DNA of 63,931 nucleotides, the filler included, from Limisphaerales bacterium (lineage in GTDB: Bacteria > Verrucomicrobiota > Verrucomicrobiia > Limisphaerales > SIBE01): NCBI GenBank assembly GCA_044225505.1. It is 4 parts of 4 records of this genome, joined end to end, with 100 filler letters (N's around TTAATTAATTAA, not from the genome) between each part and the next. Parts side by side here need not be neighbours in the genome. Positions count along the whole stretch, not along the records: positions 29,295 to 57,816 come from JBGAIN010000102.1; 3 more parts are not named here. The stretch is one strand, 5' to 3'. The notes under the pieces are model-generated. The model ran no database searches. It was not told where the DNA came from and saw only the letters and a program-made list of their open reading frames with translations. Both the position numbers and the translations under genes were made by a program. Shown here one piece after another: positions 31,425-40,767 of this stretch. Each line of letters begins with the position of its first letter. Within the stretch, counting starts at the first letter, position 1.

Positions 31425-33191
31425 TCAATGCGAGCGTTCTCGCAGTTTCGCCACGAGGGCAAGGTTCTCTTTGGCATTTGAATCTCCAGGGTGGACCTGG
31501 AGAGCTTCGCGAAAAGCCAATTCGGCTTCGTCGAGTCGTTGCTGCTGAAGCAAGGCCAGCCCCAAATTGTTCAGCGCTTCAAATTGCCGGGGGTTAATGC
31601 GAATCGTCTGCAAAAACGCGCCTTCGGCCAATTTGGGTTGCTTCAGGTCGAGCAAGAGCACGCCGAGATTGTAGTGAGCGTCCTCTTCATTTCGGTCAAT
31701 CCGAAGCGCACTGCGGAAGTGGTTGAGAGCGTCTTTAGCTTGTCCAAGCGAATACAAAGCCTTTCCCAACTGGACATGCGCATGCGCATTGGTGGGATTC
31801 TGCCGAAGCATCAACTCATTAAACGTCACTACATCTTTGGCAATCCAACGCTGATAGTCCGCTTGCAAGCGGTTGAACTTCGATTCCGAATCGACCAGCA
31901 TTTGGAACCAGAGCTCGCCCATTTCATCGGTCGTGCTCAGCCCATAACGAACCCGCACGGGCGGCGAACTGGGATTACGCACGTTATTTGTCGAGTTGTC
32001 GTAGACATACCGCATCGACAGGAGCGAGCCCTCGGGAAGGTGCACCGGTTTGGCAAATCGGTAGTCGCTCTGCCAATTGAAATCCCAGTTATCGATCTTC
32101 AACAACCACTCTTTCTTGCCGTCAGGGAGAAAAGCAAACCCTTCCAGCTGCTTCCCGAGGTAGTGGGCGTGAGGCAAGGCTGCCACAACGGTCACGTCGG
32201 TCGGCAGTTTATAGACTACCTGCACTTCGTAGTTGGTCGCCCCGGCTGGAATGTCTATAGCGTAAGATCGTAAGTCCATCTTGAACGGGGTGTTCGTAGG
32301 ACTCTTTTCTGTAAAGTAAAAGCCAATCTTCGGACGGAGGTTCTCGGGTTTACCCGAAGGCTGCATATGCATTTGCAGCACCAGATCGCAGCCCGCCGGC
32401 AGCGTCCAGGGCAAGCCTTCTGGTGATTTCGTTGCTCCCCGACCGGGCTGCCACCCGAGAAAATGCCCCCCAGCGCTTCCTCCACTTGCCAGCGGAGTCA
32501 TCCCTTCAAATCCGGAATCGCCTTCTTGTTTATGGATCTGGCGACGCGATCGGCCCGTCTCATCGACTTGAATGAATGCGTGATGCACCACTTTCGAACC
32601 GGGACGCAACTCCATAGCCCGAATGTTGTGAGGCTCCTTCGCGGGATTCCGGATGACAAAGTTCCGGTAAATGTCGCGACCGTCGGCCGGCAACGTAAAC
32701 GTTTCGGCCATTTCGACAACGTAATCGGGTTCGCCCAATTGCCAGCCCCCTCGGGCGATCGGACGTTTCAATTCGAACATGGGGTCGCCTTCCGGTGCGC
32801 CGCCAGCGACCCACCGTTGAATCACAGCAATTTGTTCGGCGGTCAACCGGCGTTCGTCCGCGAACCTTCCATAACCTTCAACCGGCAGCCAAGGAGGCAT
32901 AAAACGACTCAGGGTTACGGTGGCAATATCCGCGGCGTGTCGCTTGACCTCGGCATACGTTGTCAAGGCAAACGGAGCGGGCTGCCCCTCCTGATGGCAA
33001 CCGACACATTGCCCCGCTAAAATGGGCTCAATATCGCGATGGAAGGTCGGCCCAGGCGCTGACGCACCAAACGCAACGCCGCTCTTTGCAGGCCCTAACG
33101 ACAACGCCACCTCAGTCACGAGGCTGGCAATCACCACGGGCAACCACGAATGGCGTCCGAACGGGCTCATCTTTAACGGGTGCTTACCCAT
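31425..33191 (-). CDS. secreted heme-c / copper type II monooxygenase-like protein with C-terminal TPRs
   Basis: Signal peptide, CVGCH, VVHHA, QMHM, PHAH, DEM (PHM/DBH-like Cu ligands), about 4 TPR repeats. Confidence 0.75.
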   Translation of the reverse strand: MGKHPLKMSPFGRHSWLPVVIASLVTEVALSLGPAKSGVAFGASAPGPTFHRDIEPILAGQCVGCHQEGQPAPFALTTYAEVKRHAADIATVTLSRFMPPWLPVEGYGRFADERRLTAEQIAVIQRWVAGGAPEGDPMFELKRPIARGGWQLGEPDYVVEMAETFTLPADGRDIYRNFVIRNPAKEPHNIRAMELRPGSKVVHHAFIQVDETGRSRRQIHKQEGDSGFEGMTPLASGGSAGGHFLGWQPGRGATKSPEGLPWTLPAGCDLVLQMHMQPSGKPENLRPKIGFYFTEKSPTNTPFKMDLRSYAIDIPAGATNYEVQVVYKLPTDVTVVAALPHAHYLGKQLEGFAFLPDGKKEWLLKIDNWDFNWQSDYRFAKPVHLPEGSLLSMRYVYDNSTNNVRNPSSPPVRVRYGLSTTDEMGELWFQMLVDSESKFNRLQADYQRWIAKDVVTFNELMLRQNPTNAHAHVQLGKALYSLGQAKDALNHFRSALRIDRNEEDAHYNLGVLLLDLKQPKLAEGAFLQTIRINPRQFEALNNLGLALLQQQRLDEAELAFREALQVHPGDSNAKENLALVAKLRERSH

Positions 33192-33249
33192 GGGGGCTGG
33201 CCACGGCTCGTGATCGATCGCGCAGAATCTGGCCGTGCAAAGCTCATTT

Positions 33250-33264
33250 GCAGGGACGATGCCA
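33250..33264 (-). promoter_or_regulatory. candidate sigma54 -24/-12 promoter
   Basis: Minus strand TGGCAT-CGTCC-CTGC (GG-N10-GC), about 60 nt upstream of the ATG at 33191. Confidence 0.5.
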
Positions 33265-33393
33265 TTCCCGAATCGACTGTCGACACAAAAGCACGGACAA
33301 ATCAGCTGGGGGCAGCGTTCGTATTGGGATCCTGATTGGCGCTATCCACCGGACGGCCACGGACCTCCCAAGAGGTTTATTGAAATCGCATAG

Positions 33394-33422
33394 CCTTCCC
33401 TCGGTATGAATCCGAGGGAAGG
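33394..33422 (-). terminator. hairpin downstream of the 1925-aa gene
   Basis: Perfect 11-bp stem CCTTCCCTCGG-TATGAAT-CCGAGGGAAGG, 20 nt past the stop; weak U-tract. Confidence 0.65.
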
Positions 33423-33441
33423 ACGCGGTCCATCGAATTCC

Positions 33442-36400
33442 CTACTCGACGACAAGGGTCACTCGATAGAATGCCTGTGCTTCATTGTTGCCTTCGGTAT
33501 CGGTCAAAAGACCCGTGTCGCTCTGTAATACGATGGGCACGCCGACTGCCCTCCAACCGATTCCGGCGGGTAGGGTGAGCGCCTTTTCCAGCCGATAACC
33601 TCTTCCCGGGACTCCTTGGAAATGTACTAGCCGTTGTGGGCCAGTGCGCTCGACGGTTGTAACCTTCAGGGCGCTCAAAACCGACGCCGGGTCGGTCCCC
33701 GCCAGAAACTCAGATCGATTCGTCATCCCGTCCTGATCGTCATCGCGTAAGGCATCGTCTGGATTCTGCGGGTTCAAGCCGTGCGCGATCTCCCACCCAT
33801 CTGGAATTCCATCCGCATCGGTGTCCAGCGTGGCGGCTTCGGGGGTCTGACCCACATGCCAAACAGCTCCGAGGCTCGACGCGGTGCCCGCCTGCCCTAT
33901 CTGCAGCGCTAACATTGACCCTTGTGACAATTGCTCCACACGCACAGTGCTTGGATCATATTCACCGAGCACTGCCACCAACCGCGCTGGTTCGGCCACC
34001 GTTGCTCGTTGCCATAATTCCACGCGACGCCGCTCGGTCTTGTCATTCGCTAATCCAACGCGCCCGACCGCGGCCAGCTTTTTCGCCGACGCCCCGAGAG
34101 CAACCCCGACATTGGGCTGCACGTAGAGCGTCTCGTTTGCAAGGGTTACCTTGTCAAAAATGATGTCTCGCGTCGGATCCGGGTTGATCACCTCTTTGAA
34201 TCGCACGAAATACTCATTGCACCCGCCAAACTGACAGATCTTGTACCAATCCTTGGGTATGACCGGACAGGACTCACCCACGAGGAAACATTGCCCATCA
34301 ATGCTCTTCGCCAGCGGTCCGACTGGGCAAGTGTCTTGATCGTCGGGAATGCCGTCATTGTCGTCGTCGACATCCTGACAATCCCGAGTCCCGTCTTTAT
34401 CCGTATCCGCTGCCTCCGAACCGTAGACGGTCGATTGTCTGTCCGGGCAAAGCACGTTTACAGCCGCACCAATGCGCGCCACGGACGAATCCGGGTGTTG
34501 ATCAAAGCTATTCGAGCATCCGTCATTGTCTCGGTCTGAGTCGCAGACATCGCCAACATTGTCCCCGTCCAAGTCCGCTTGGTTCGGATTCGCTGTGACG
34601 GGACAATTGTCGCATGCGTCTCCCACGCCGTCAGCGTCGGTATCGGTCTGTCGGGGATTGGCGATTGCTGGGCAGTTATCAAACGGTGAGGGAATGAAAT
34701 CCTTATCCGCATCTGGGATAGGGTCGTCTTTACCATCACAATCGGTATCCCCCGCGCCAACACCAACCGCATACCAGGCATTTCGGACCAAACACGCGTC
34801 CTGTTTTGTGAACCCGTTCTGGTTCAAACTTACCCAAGTATTCGCTAAGGCGACCTCGTAAGTGCGGGCGGCGTTAAAGTCCGCGGTGTTGGCGAGGTTG
34901 CGCATCGAATCAAACTTCAGCGCGCGCATCTTGGCCAGGCCCATTCCGGCAAACACGCGAGAACCGACCGTCACCCCTTGGGCCATAAAGAACGCCGTTC
35001 GATTCGGAATGCCACTGTTGCTATGCACGCCACCGTTGTCGGGAAAGCTGCCGTCGGGCTGCATTGCTCCTGCCGTGTATTGGGCGCCAAAGATTGGTTG
35101 CGCTGTGCTCGAGCGTCGCGGATCTTCCATATCCCGCAACGCGCCAGCGCCACTCGTGCGATTCTCGCCGATCGTCCAGTTCGAATCCCCGGCCTCGCGG
35201 TCAGCCACCAGGGCCATGATATCGGCGAAGCTCTCATTCAATGCGCCTGATTGGAACGAATACTGGAGTTTGCTCGTGCTGCTGATGATCATGTGAGTCA
35301 TCTCGTGGACCATAATCTCGTAATCGACCCACCCGTTGCCAAAAAGCAGCATAAAGCAGCCCGGTCCAGCCTGAGCATTTGGCACGTTGGCGTGCACGAA
35401 CAAGTCCAGACGACTGGACTTGTTATCATACGAACGCCAACTGTAATCCTGGTTGAAGTAAGCGTAGGCATTCTGAATGAAAACGTTGGCCAGGCGCGCA
35501 TCCGTGTCGTTGTTATAACTGGCGTTGAACGAACTTTGTGTTGCCACGGTCGTCAGCGTGCTCGTGGTCACACAATTCGTATTTTTTACGTTCGTTGGGG
35601 TATTGTTGTTGGCATCGCGAAGATCCAATTGATACCCATCCAATGCCGCCTGCTGTTGGGAGAGCGTCCGGCTGAACACAAGATCTCCGGTGTGAGCGTC
35701 AACAAACACCTCACGATCCAGACCCGCGTGTGCCACACGCCATACCAGATGCGGATCAGACCGCACCGCATCCAGGACGGCCAGATCAAAGAGGACTAGT
35801 TCAGAAGTCGGCGCCGCCGCGGCCTCAGACACGAGCGCGGAAAAACGGTTACTCGCGACATTCCAGGCCTGCTCAGATGCCAAGGTCGGAATGAGCTTGA
35901 TTCCTCGCGCCTGGATTAGATCGGTTGGCAGAAGTGATCCGTGAAGCGCAAATACTTCCTCTTCAGTCGAACTCACAACCACCTCCGCGCCGTAAACAGG
36001 CACCCCTTGATACTGCTGCACGAACGAAACATGTCGGATTCCACCCTCGCTCACTTTCGCCACGGAGAGCTCTCCGTCCGGATCCTGTTGCAGCAACAGG
36101 TCCCGATAATTGCGCACGAAGTGGCGCGCTTGCTCAGCCGCGTCTCCTCCTTGGACTTTGACTTTCATTTCGATGCCAACAGGAAAACCACCACGGAAAC
36201 TAACGCTCAACGGGATGGAAGAGGCGGCCTCCAAGGCTCGTAGCGCGATCACCTGAGGATCTGTCTCCGTCGGATTGGGCAGGTAAGTCAGCCCGGCCGG
36301 GAGAACATCTGTCCCCCGTGCGTCTTCGACAATAACATCCCGCGGTCCGAGAAGTTCATTGTCCGGCAGAGGTGGAATCTCCCCAATCAAGCTTGTGCCG

Positions 36401-39219
36401 TCCTCCGCCGCCACCACGTGACGCAAGAAGGTGGCTGCCATCTCCGCGGCGAAGGCGATTCTGACTTGAGTTTCCGAGGTGAAATTGGTCCCGCGAACAA
36501 CGACGCTACTGCCGCCGCGTGCAAACGCTTGTCTTGGTTCCACAAACACAATACGCGGCGAAACGCTCGCCTCCACTTGGTTGGTCATCCGGGCTAGAGT
36601 TTCGCCGCAACGACGGATCTGCAGTTCGTGCGCTCCCGTCGTCACACTTGGAGTCTGTGCTTGAATCTCGGATTCACTCACCACGACAACGTTTTCAAAA
36701 GGGCGCTCATCAAACCACAGCTCGTCGTCCGGGGTGAAGTTTGTCCCTCGAAGAGTCAAAAGAGTCCCACCTGCCGTTCCAACGACCGATGGAGACACGC
36801 TTGTCAGAGTGGGCGGCGCAAACTCAGCGCCTTTGACAACCACAACGTTGAAGGAGCATTCCCCGCTATTCCCCGACGCATCCTTCGATGAACACGTCAC
36901 CTTCGTCTCACCAATCGGGAAAACCGTGCCGGAAGGCGGCATACAAACCGCCGTTGCGCTGGAATCGCAATCATCCATGGCGCTGGCAGAAAACTCCACC
37001 GCCGCTCCGCACGGGCGCGAGGCCGTCACAGAGATGTCATTTGGACACAACACAATTGGCGGCGAGCTATCCGCGCCTGCCGTTAATTCCGCGGTTACAG
37101 AACTCGTCCCTCCCTGACTATCCGTCGCCGTCACTACAATTCGGTTTGTTCCCGCCAATAACTCTGTTGCAAAGCGAAATTCCGGATTCGAGCCGCAGTT
37201 GGTGCAAACCACGATAGGGTCCGCGCTGTTCAACGAATACTGGATCGTCGCCACTTCGTTCGTGCAAGTGCGCACCGTTCCCGCCAGGGTTGCCGTCCCG
37301 CTGGATGGGCAAGACGTCGGCGTTAATTCCACTCGCAGACATTGTTCAATGGCGATGCGCTGGCCACACCCAATCGCGATTTCGATGGGATCAAGTCCGG
37401 TCAACCCGGATGTCCCCGTGGCGACCACATACGGATAGAGTTTGTAAGCCCCTTGCGGAAGAGCTAGAACGACTTCCGCCACGTTGGTCGCCTTGTCGAC
37501 ACTGTAGGGAGCACCCGCGGCGATATCCAGATAGACCGAGTAATCCGCTGGCAAGCCTTGCGCGTCCGTCCCAGAATAACTCCCGTTGCTGAACCGGATT
37601 TGCGGACTGTGAAAGGTTCCAGACGTGGAGCGAAAGGCGACTCTCAGCTCGCTTAGACAGTAGTTCAAATCCTGAAGGACCGTCTCGCCCGGCACGATCT
37701 CGACCTCATTCGTCCGTTTGTCAGTAATAGAAAACGAATTGTAATAATATTCCGAGTCAGGCGCAGCAGGTGGTGAGGTGAGGACGATTGTGAGGTATTT
37801 CGCCGACCAAAGGCTGCGTTCTCCTAGAAGCCCCCCCAACACCAACTCGTACTGCCCTTCATACCGGCCCGCGACCGAATTGTAATCGCCTGTGAAGTCC
37901 ACGTTCGCATATCCATACGCAGCCGTGCGGCTTGCCCCAGTGGCCAGGCGATCAACGCCTTCGGCTCCCACCGTCGTCCAATAGACCCCATAGGTGCCGA
38001 TGCCGTCCGGCACGCCGTCGGCGTCCAGGTCGTTACTTCCAGCATGGGCCACCCCCCTCAGGAGCGACAAGCGTCCACCAGCTTCCGAAGGGCCCTGCAA
38101 GAATACACTTCCCGCCATGAACCCTGGATCGATGACAAAGGTGTCGCCCAAATCTACCGTTTGCCGCGGCTCAACCATCACGGGCGGATTGAGCCCCTGC
38201 CCCAGCGCAGGCGTTCGGAAACTCTCAATCTGTTGATTAGTGCGAAAGAACATTTGGGCATAGACCGAGTAACCGAGAGATAGAGGATCCAGGGTCGAGG
38301 GCACAAGGTTGGTCAGAACGTACGATCCGCTGCTCGGCGCGAGGAGTGGAGTCCCTGGAAGCGCTATCCACCGTTGATTTGAGAACGGACCGTAGAGTGC
38401 CACCACCCCTGTCGCATCCACCACATCCAACGCGTCGTTACCGTCAATGCGATGTTCAAACTCACCTTTCATGTCGACGGCGCCCACGATTTGACCGAAT
38501 GCCCCGGTTCCAGGCACCACGATTGGCAGCGTGACGATTTCGTCGCAAGCCACGGTGACGTTGGTTTGCACCGTAAAGGAAAGCCGGTTCAGATAGAAGT
38601 TGGTCCCCGAATGAACGGTAATATTGAGCGGATGTGTCTCGCCACCACGCAGGTAGATCCGCGCTTCCGTGGAGCCCCCGGGTATCGCATAACGATGGGC
38701 TTGGTAAGCGGAGGCCACTACTTGGCCCGCATCGACAGCGACGGGATCACCCGCTTCATCGGTAAACCGAAGGGTCACCACTCCGAGGCACTCTTCGAAA
38801 TCGAGAGTCACAGGAGGGCCATTCGCCACCACCACAGCAGACGTCTTCGTATTAAAGTAATAAGTCTCATCGGCTTTCAACAGCGCCACCCGGGGAGTCA
38901 CGGCAAAAGCGATCCCCGCTGCATCGGTATTCACGGTAACTTCGTAGTCGGCGGAGAGCCGAGAAAGCGCCGGGAGTGAATCTGTGCTCGAGGTCACCAG
39001 CGGCGCTGGAGGCTGGCTGGAAGCGCTGACATAGATCGAATCGATGCCTTCGTCTCCCGGCAGGTTGAGAAGATTCAAAATATCGGGATTGACGTTTGTC
39101 AGACGGGCCGTTCCCCGGACCGAGTTCGGCATCAGCACGACTTGCGCATCGGTCGACGCGACAAATAAGGCAAGAGCCATCGCGGGCATGGCCCATCGGC
39201 ACGAAGTATGAGTCTTCAT
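33442..39219 (-). CDS. giant secreted M4 (thermolysin-like) metallopeptidase with HYR, IPT/TIG and TSP3-type Ca-binding repeats
   Basis: Signal peptide; HYR (PPSGTVFPIGETKVTC); two IPT/TIG; FTP/PepSY-like (QQYQGVPVYG, VDAHTG); HEMTH, GALNESFAD, GGVHSNSG; DNCP..NP.Q.D.D.DGVGDACD repeats; C-terminal FYRV module. Confidence 0.85.
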   Translation of the reverse strand: MKTHTSCRWAMPAMALALFVASTDAQVVLMPNSVRGTARLTNVNPDILNLLNLPGDEGIDSIYVSASSQPPAPLVTSSTDSLPALSRLSADYEVTVNTDAAGIAFAVTPRVALLKADETYYFNTKTSAVVVANGPPVTLDFEECLGVVTLRFTDEAGDPVAVDAGQVVASAYQAHRYAIPGGSTEARIYLRGGETHPLNITVHSGTNFYLNRLSFTVQTNVTVACDEIVTLPIVVPGTGAFGQIVGAVDMKGEFEHRIDGNDALDVVDATGVVALYGPFSNQRWIALPGTPLLAPSSGSYVLTNLVPSTLDPLSLGYSVYAQMFFRTNQQIESFRTPALGQGLNPPVMVEPRQTVDLGDTFVIDPGFMAGSVFLQGPSEAGGRLSLLRGVAHAGSNDLDADGVPDGIGTYGVYWTTVGAEGVDRLATGASRTAAYGYANVDFTGDYNSVAGRYEGQYELVLGGLLGERSLWSAKYLTIVLTSPPAAPDSEYYYNSFSITDKRTNEVEIVPGETVLQDLNYCLSELRVAFRSTSGTFHSPQIRFSNGSYSGTDAQGLPADYSVYLDIAAGAPYSVDKATNVAEVVLALPQGAYKLYPYVVATGTSGLTGLDPIEIAIGCGQRIAIEQCLRVELTPTSCPSSGTATLAGTVRTCTNEVATIQYSLNSADPIVVCTNCGSNPEFRFATELLAGTNRIVVTATDSQGGTSSVTAELTAGADSSPPIVLCPNDISVTASRPCGAAVEFSASAMDDCDSSATAVCMPPSGTVFPIGETKVTCSSKDASGNSGECSFNVVVVKGAEFAPPTLTSVSPSVVGTAGGTLLTLRGTNFTPDDELWFDERPFENVVVVSESEIQAQTPSVTTGAHELQIRRCGETLARMTNQVEASVSPRIVFVEPRQAFARGGSSVVVRGTNFTSETQVRIAFAAEMAATFLRHVVAAEDGTSLIGEIPPLPDNELLGPRDVIVEDARGTDVLPAGLTYLPNPTETDPQVIALRALEAASSIPLSVSFRGGFPVGIEMKVKVQGGDAAEQARHFVRNYRDLLLQQDPDGELSVAKVSEGGIRHVSFVQQYQGVPVYGAEVVVSSTEEEVFALHGSLLPTDLIQARGIKLIPTLASEQAWNVASNRFSALVSEAAAAPTSELVLFDLAVLDAVRSDPHLVWRVAHAGLDREVFVDAHTGDLVFSRTLSQQQAALDGYQLDLRDANNNTPTNVKNTNCVTTSTLTTVATQSSFNASYNNDTDARLANVFIQNAYAYFNQDYSWRSYDNKSSRLDLFVHANVPNAQAGPGCFMLLFGNGWVDYEIMVHEMTHMIISSTSKLQYSFQSGALNESFADIMALVADREAGDSNWTIGENRTSGAGALRDMEDPRRSSTAQPIFGAQYTAGAMQPDGSFPDNGGVHSNSGIPNRTAFFMAQGVTVGSRVFAGMGLAKMRALKFDSMRNLANTADFNAARTYEVALANTWVSLNQNGFTKQDACLVRNAWYAVGVGAGDTDCDGKDDPIPDADKDFIPSPFDNCPAIANPRQTDTDADGVGDACDNCPVTANPNQADLDGDNVGDVCDSDRDNDGCSNSFDQHPDSSVARIGAAVNVLCPDRQSTVYGSEAADTDKDGTRDCQDVDDDNDGIPDDQDTCPVGPLAKSIDGQCFLVGESCPVIPKDWYKICQFGGCNEYFVRFKEVINPDPTRDIIFDKVTLANETLYVQPNVGVALGASAKKLAAVGRVGLANDKTERRRVELWQRATVAEPARLVAVLGEYDPSTVRVEQLSQGSMLALQIGQAGTASSLGAVWHVGQTPEAATLDTDADGIPDGWEIAHGLNPQNPDDALRDDDQDGMTNRSEFLAGTDPASVLSALKVTTVERTGPQRLVHFQGVPGRGYRLEKALTLPAGIGWRAVGVPIVLQSDTGLLTDTEGNNEAQAFYRVTLVVE

Positions 39220-39384
39220 AGTGTTTCCTTGTCCTGGTGATCAATTCAAGGTCGCTACTCCTCTACTGAAACGTTTCTGGCCAGGGATTACAGGAAAAGC
39301 GTTCTCAGACGTAACAAGCTGATATCATGGGTAATTCGGCTGAATGCGAGTCAGCCAGCAGCTGCCTCGACCCAAGTGAAAAGG

Positions 39385-40479
39385 TCAGAAGCCGTCGTTC
39401 CGTCGAGGGCGATAGTCCCAGATTCGCTTCACATACTCCGCCTGCCGCCGAGCTTCCACCTTCTGCCGAATGATTTGAGCCGCGTCCCGATCAATCATCT
39501 CCAGTGCTTTCAAATCATATTCAGAGCTAGCGAGGCTTGTTGAAGTCAATTGCATCTCTTCAAGCTTTTGGATGATATAGGGCACCGCACCTTTTGCGGC
39601 AGGTCCCATCTCACCCAATGCCGCCAGGATATCCGGCGAGAACGCCAAGTTTCCGCTCGTCAAGTCGCCAACGAGGATGGCCACCATGTTCGTATCGCGG
39701 CTGACCCGCCATAACGCGATGGCCGCGTGTGTCCGCAGTGATCGATCAGGGGTCTTCAACAACGCTTGGAGCGCCGGAATGCCATCTCTCGCCTGCTCCC
39801 TGAAGCGGCCCAACGTTCGCACCGCCAACGATCGGAACTGAAGTCCAGCAGCCCAAAGCGTCTCGGGCTGATCGTTCTGCAGGGATTGAATGAGAGCTGG
39901 AATTGCTCCGCTTGCCTCCGATCCCATTTGCTCCAGGGTGGCGAGGGCAGCAATTCGAACGGACTCGTCCGGATCTGACAGGAGAGTCGCGAGTCGAGGA
40001 ACCGTGAGCGTGACTGTCTCTTCGCTCAGCAGCATTCGACCAATGGCACGAACAGCGACACGTCGCACGTGATGATTACGATCACTCAAGGCAGCGATCA
40101 GCCGCGGTATTCCCTTGGAGTCGAGAACACTTAGCGCGTGCGCCATCCTATCGTCGATCTCTCTGGCAGGCTCAGGAACCGCGAAATGCCGTCGCGCGCG
40201 CTGTGGGAGCACCTCCCACATCCCCCGATACGCCGTGTGGCGCAATGAATGCGCACTTCGCACAGAGGTCAAAAGCCACGGCACCGCATCTGGGCCTATC
40301 GCCCGGATCGCATCGTACGACTTACCGAACTCCCGACCGCCAAGCTGAAGGGTCCAATAGCTCAGCGGGTGGTTCCGGTAAGTGGGTTCGGGAATCACCA
40401 GGCGCGTCGCCAGCCAGAGAGAGCCACAAATGGCTCCGACGCCAGCCATCAACCACCACTTTGTCCGCCATCGAATCAC
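39385..40479 (-). CDS. membrane-anchored HEAT repeat protein
   Basis: N-terminal TM helix, EPTYRNHPLSYW, repeated L.D.D..VR.AA...LG and GPAAKGAVP HEAT units. Confidence 0.8.
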   Translation of the reverse strand: MIRWRTKWWLMAGVGAICGSLWLATRLVIPEPTYRNHPLSYWTLQLGGREFGKSYDAIRAIGPDAVPWLLTSVRSAHSLRHTAYRGMWEVLPQRARRHFAVPEPAREIDDRMAHALSVLDSKGIPRLIAALSDRNHHVRRVAVRAIGRMLLSEETVTLTVPRLATLLSDPDESVRIAALATLEQMGSEASGAIPALIQSLQNDQPETLWAAGLQFRSLAVRTLGRFREQARDGIPALQALLKTPDRSLRTHAAIALWRVSRDTNMVAILVGDLTSGNLAFSPDILAALGEMGPAAKGAVPYIIQKLEEMQLTSTSLASSEYDLKALEMIDRDAAQIIRQKVEARRQAEYVKRIWDYRPRRNDGF

Positions 40480-40767
40480 TTCGCCTCAACGTGCGACGAG
40501 ACGACAACGCGGACAAGGAGAATTCGATATCTCGGCCGACTCCGGCCTTGGATCGGGAAATCCTTAAACCTTAAAACAAAGTCTTCGTTATTCGCATGAG
40601 CTAACTTGGAAGCGTCCGCTTGGGCTCCTGCCAGTTCGCACACACCAACCGGTTTTCTGGAAAAGCCCGGCTAACCAGCAGAAAATGGTGGCGCGGATTC
40701 TTGCCAGTCGCTACTCTTCCGGGGTCAGCCAGTTTCGCGGAAGTTAGCATCCCAGTAGCGTTGAAAT

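Noticed and set aside
34330..34750. Repetitive GTC/ATC-rich DNA suggesting a nucleotide repeat array
   Set aside because: Explained by Asp-rich TSP3-like protein repeats; no constant repeat-spacer structure. No CRISPR array was seen anywhere in the window.
40689..40704. TGGCGC...TTGC upstream of the 1910-aa gene as a sigma54 promoter
   Set aside because: GG-N11-GC rather than the strict GG-N10-GC
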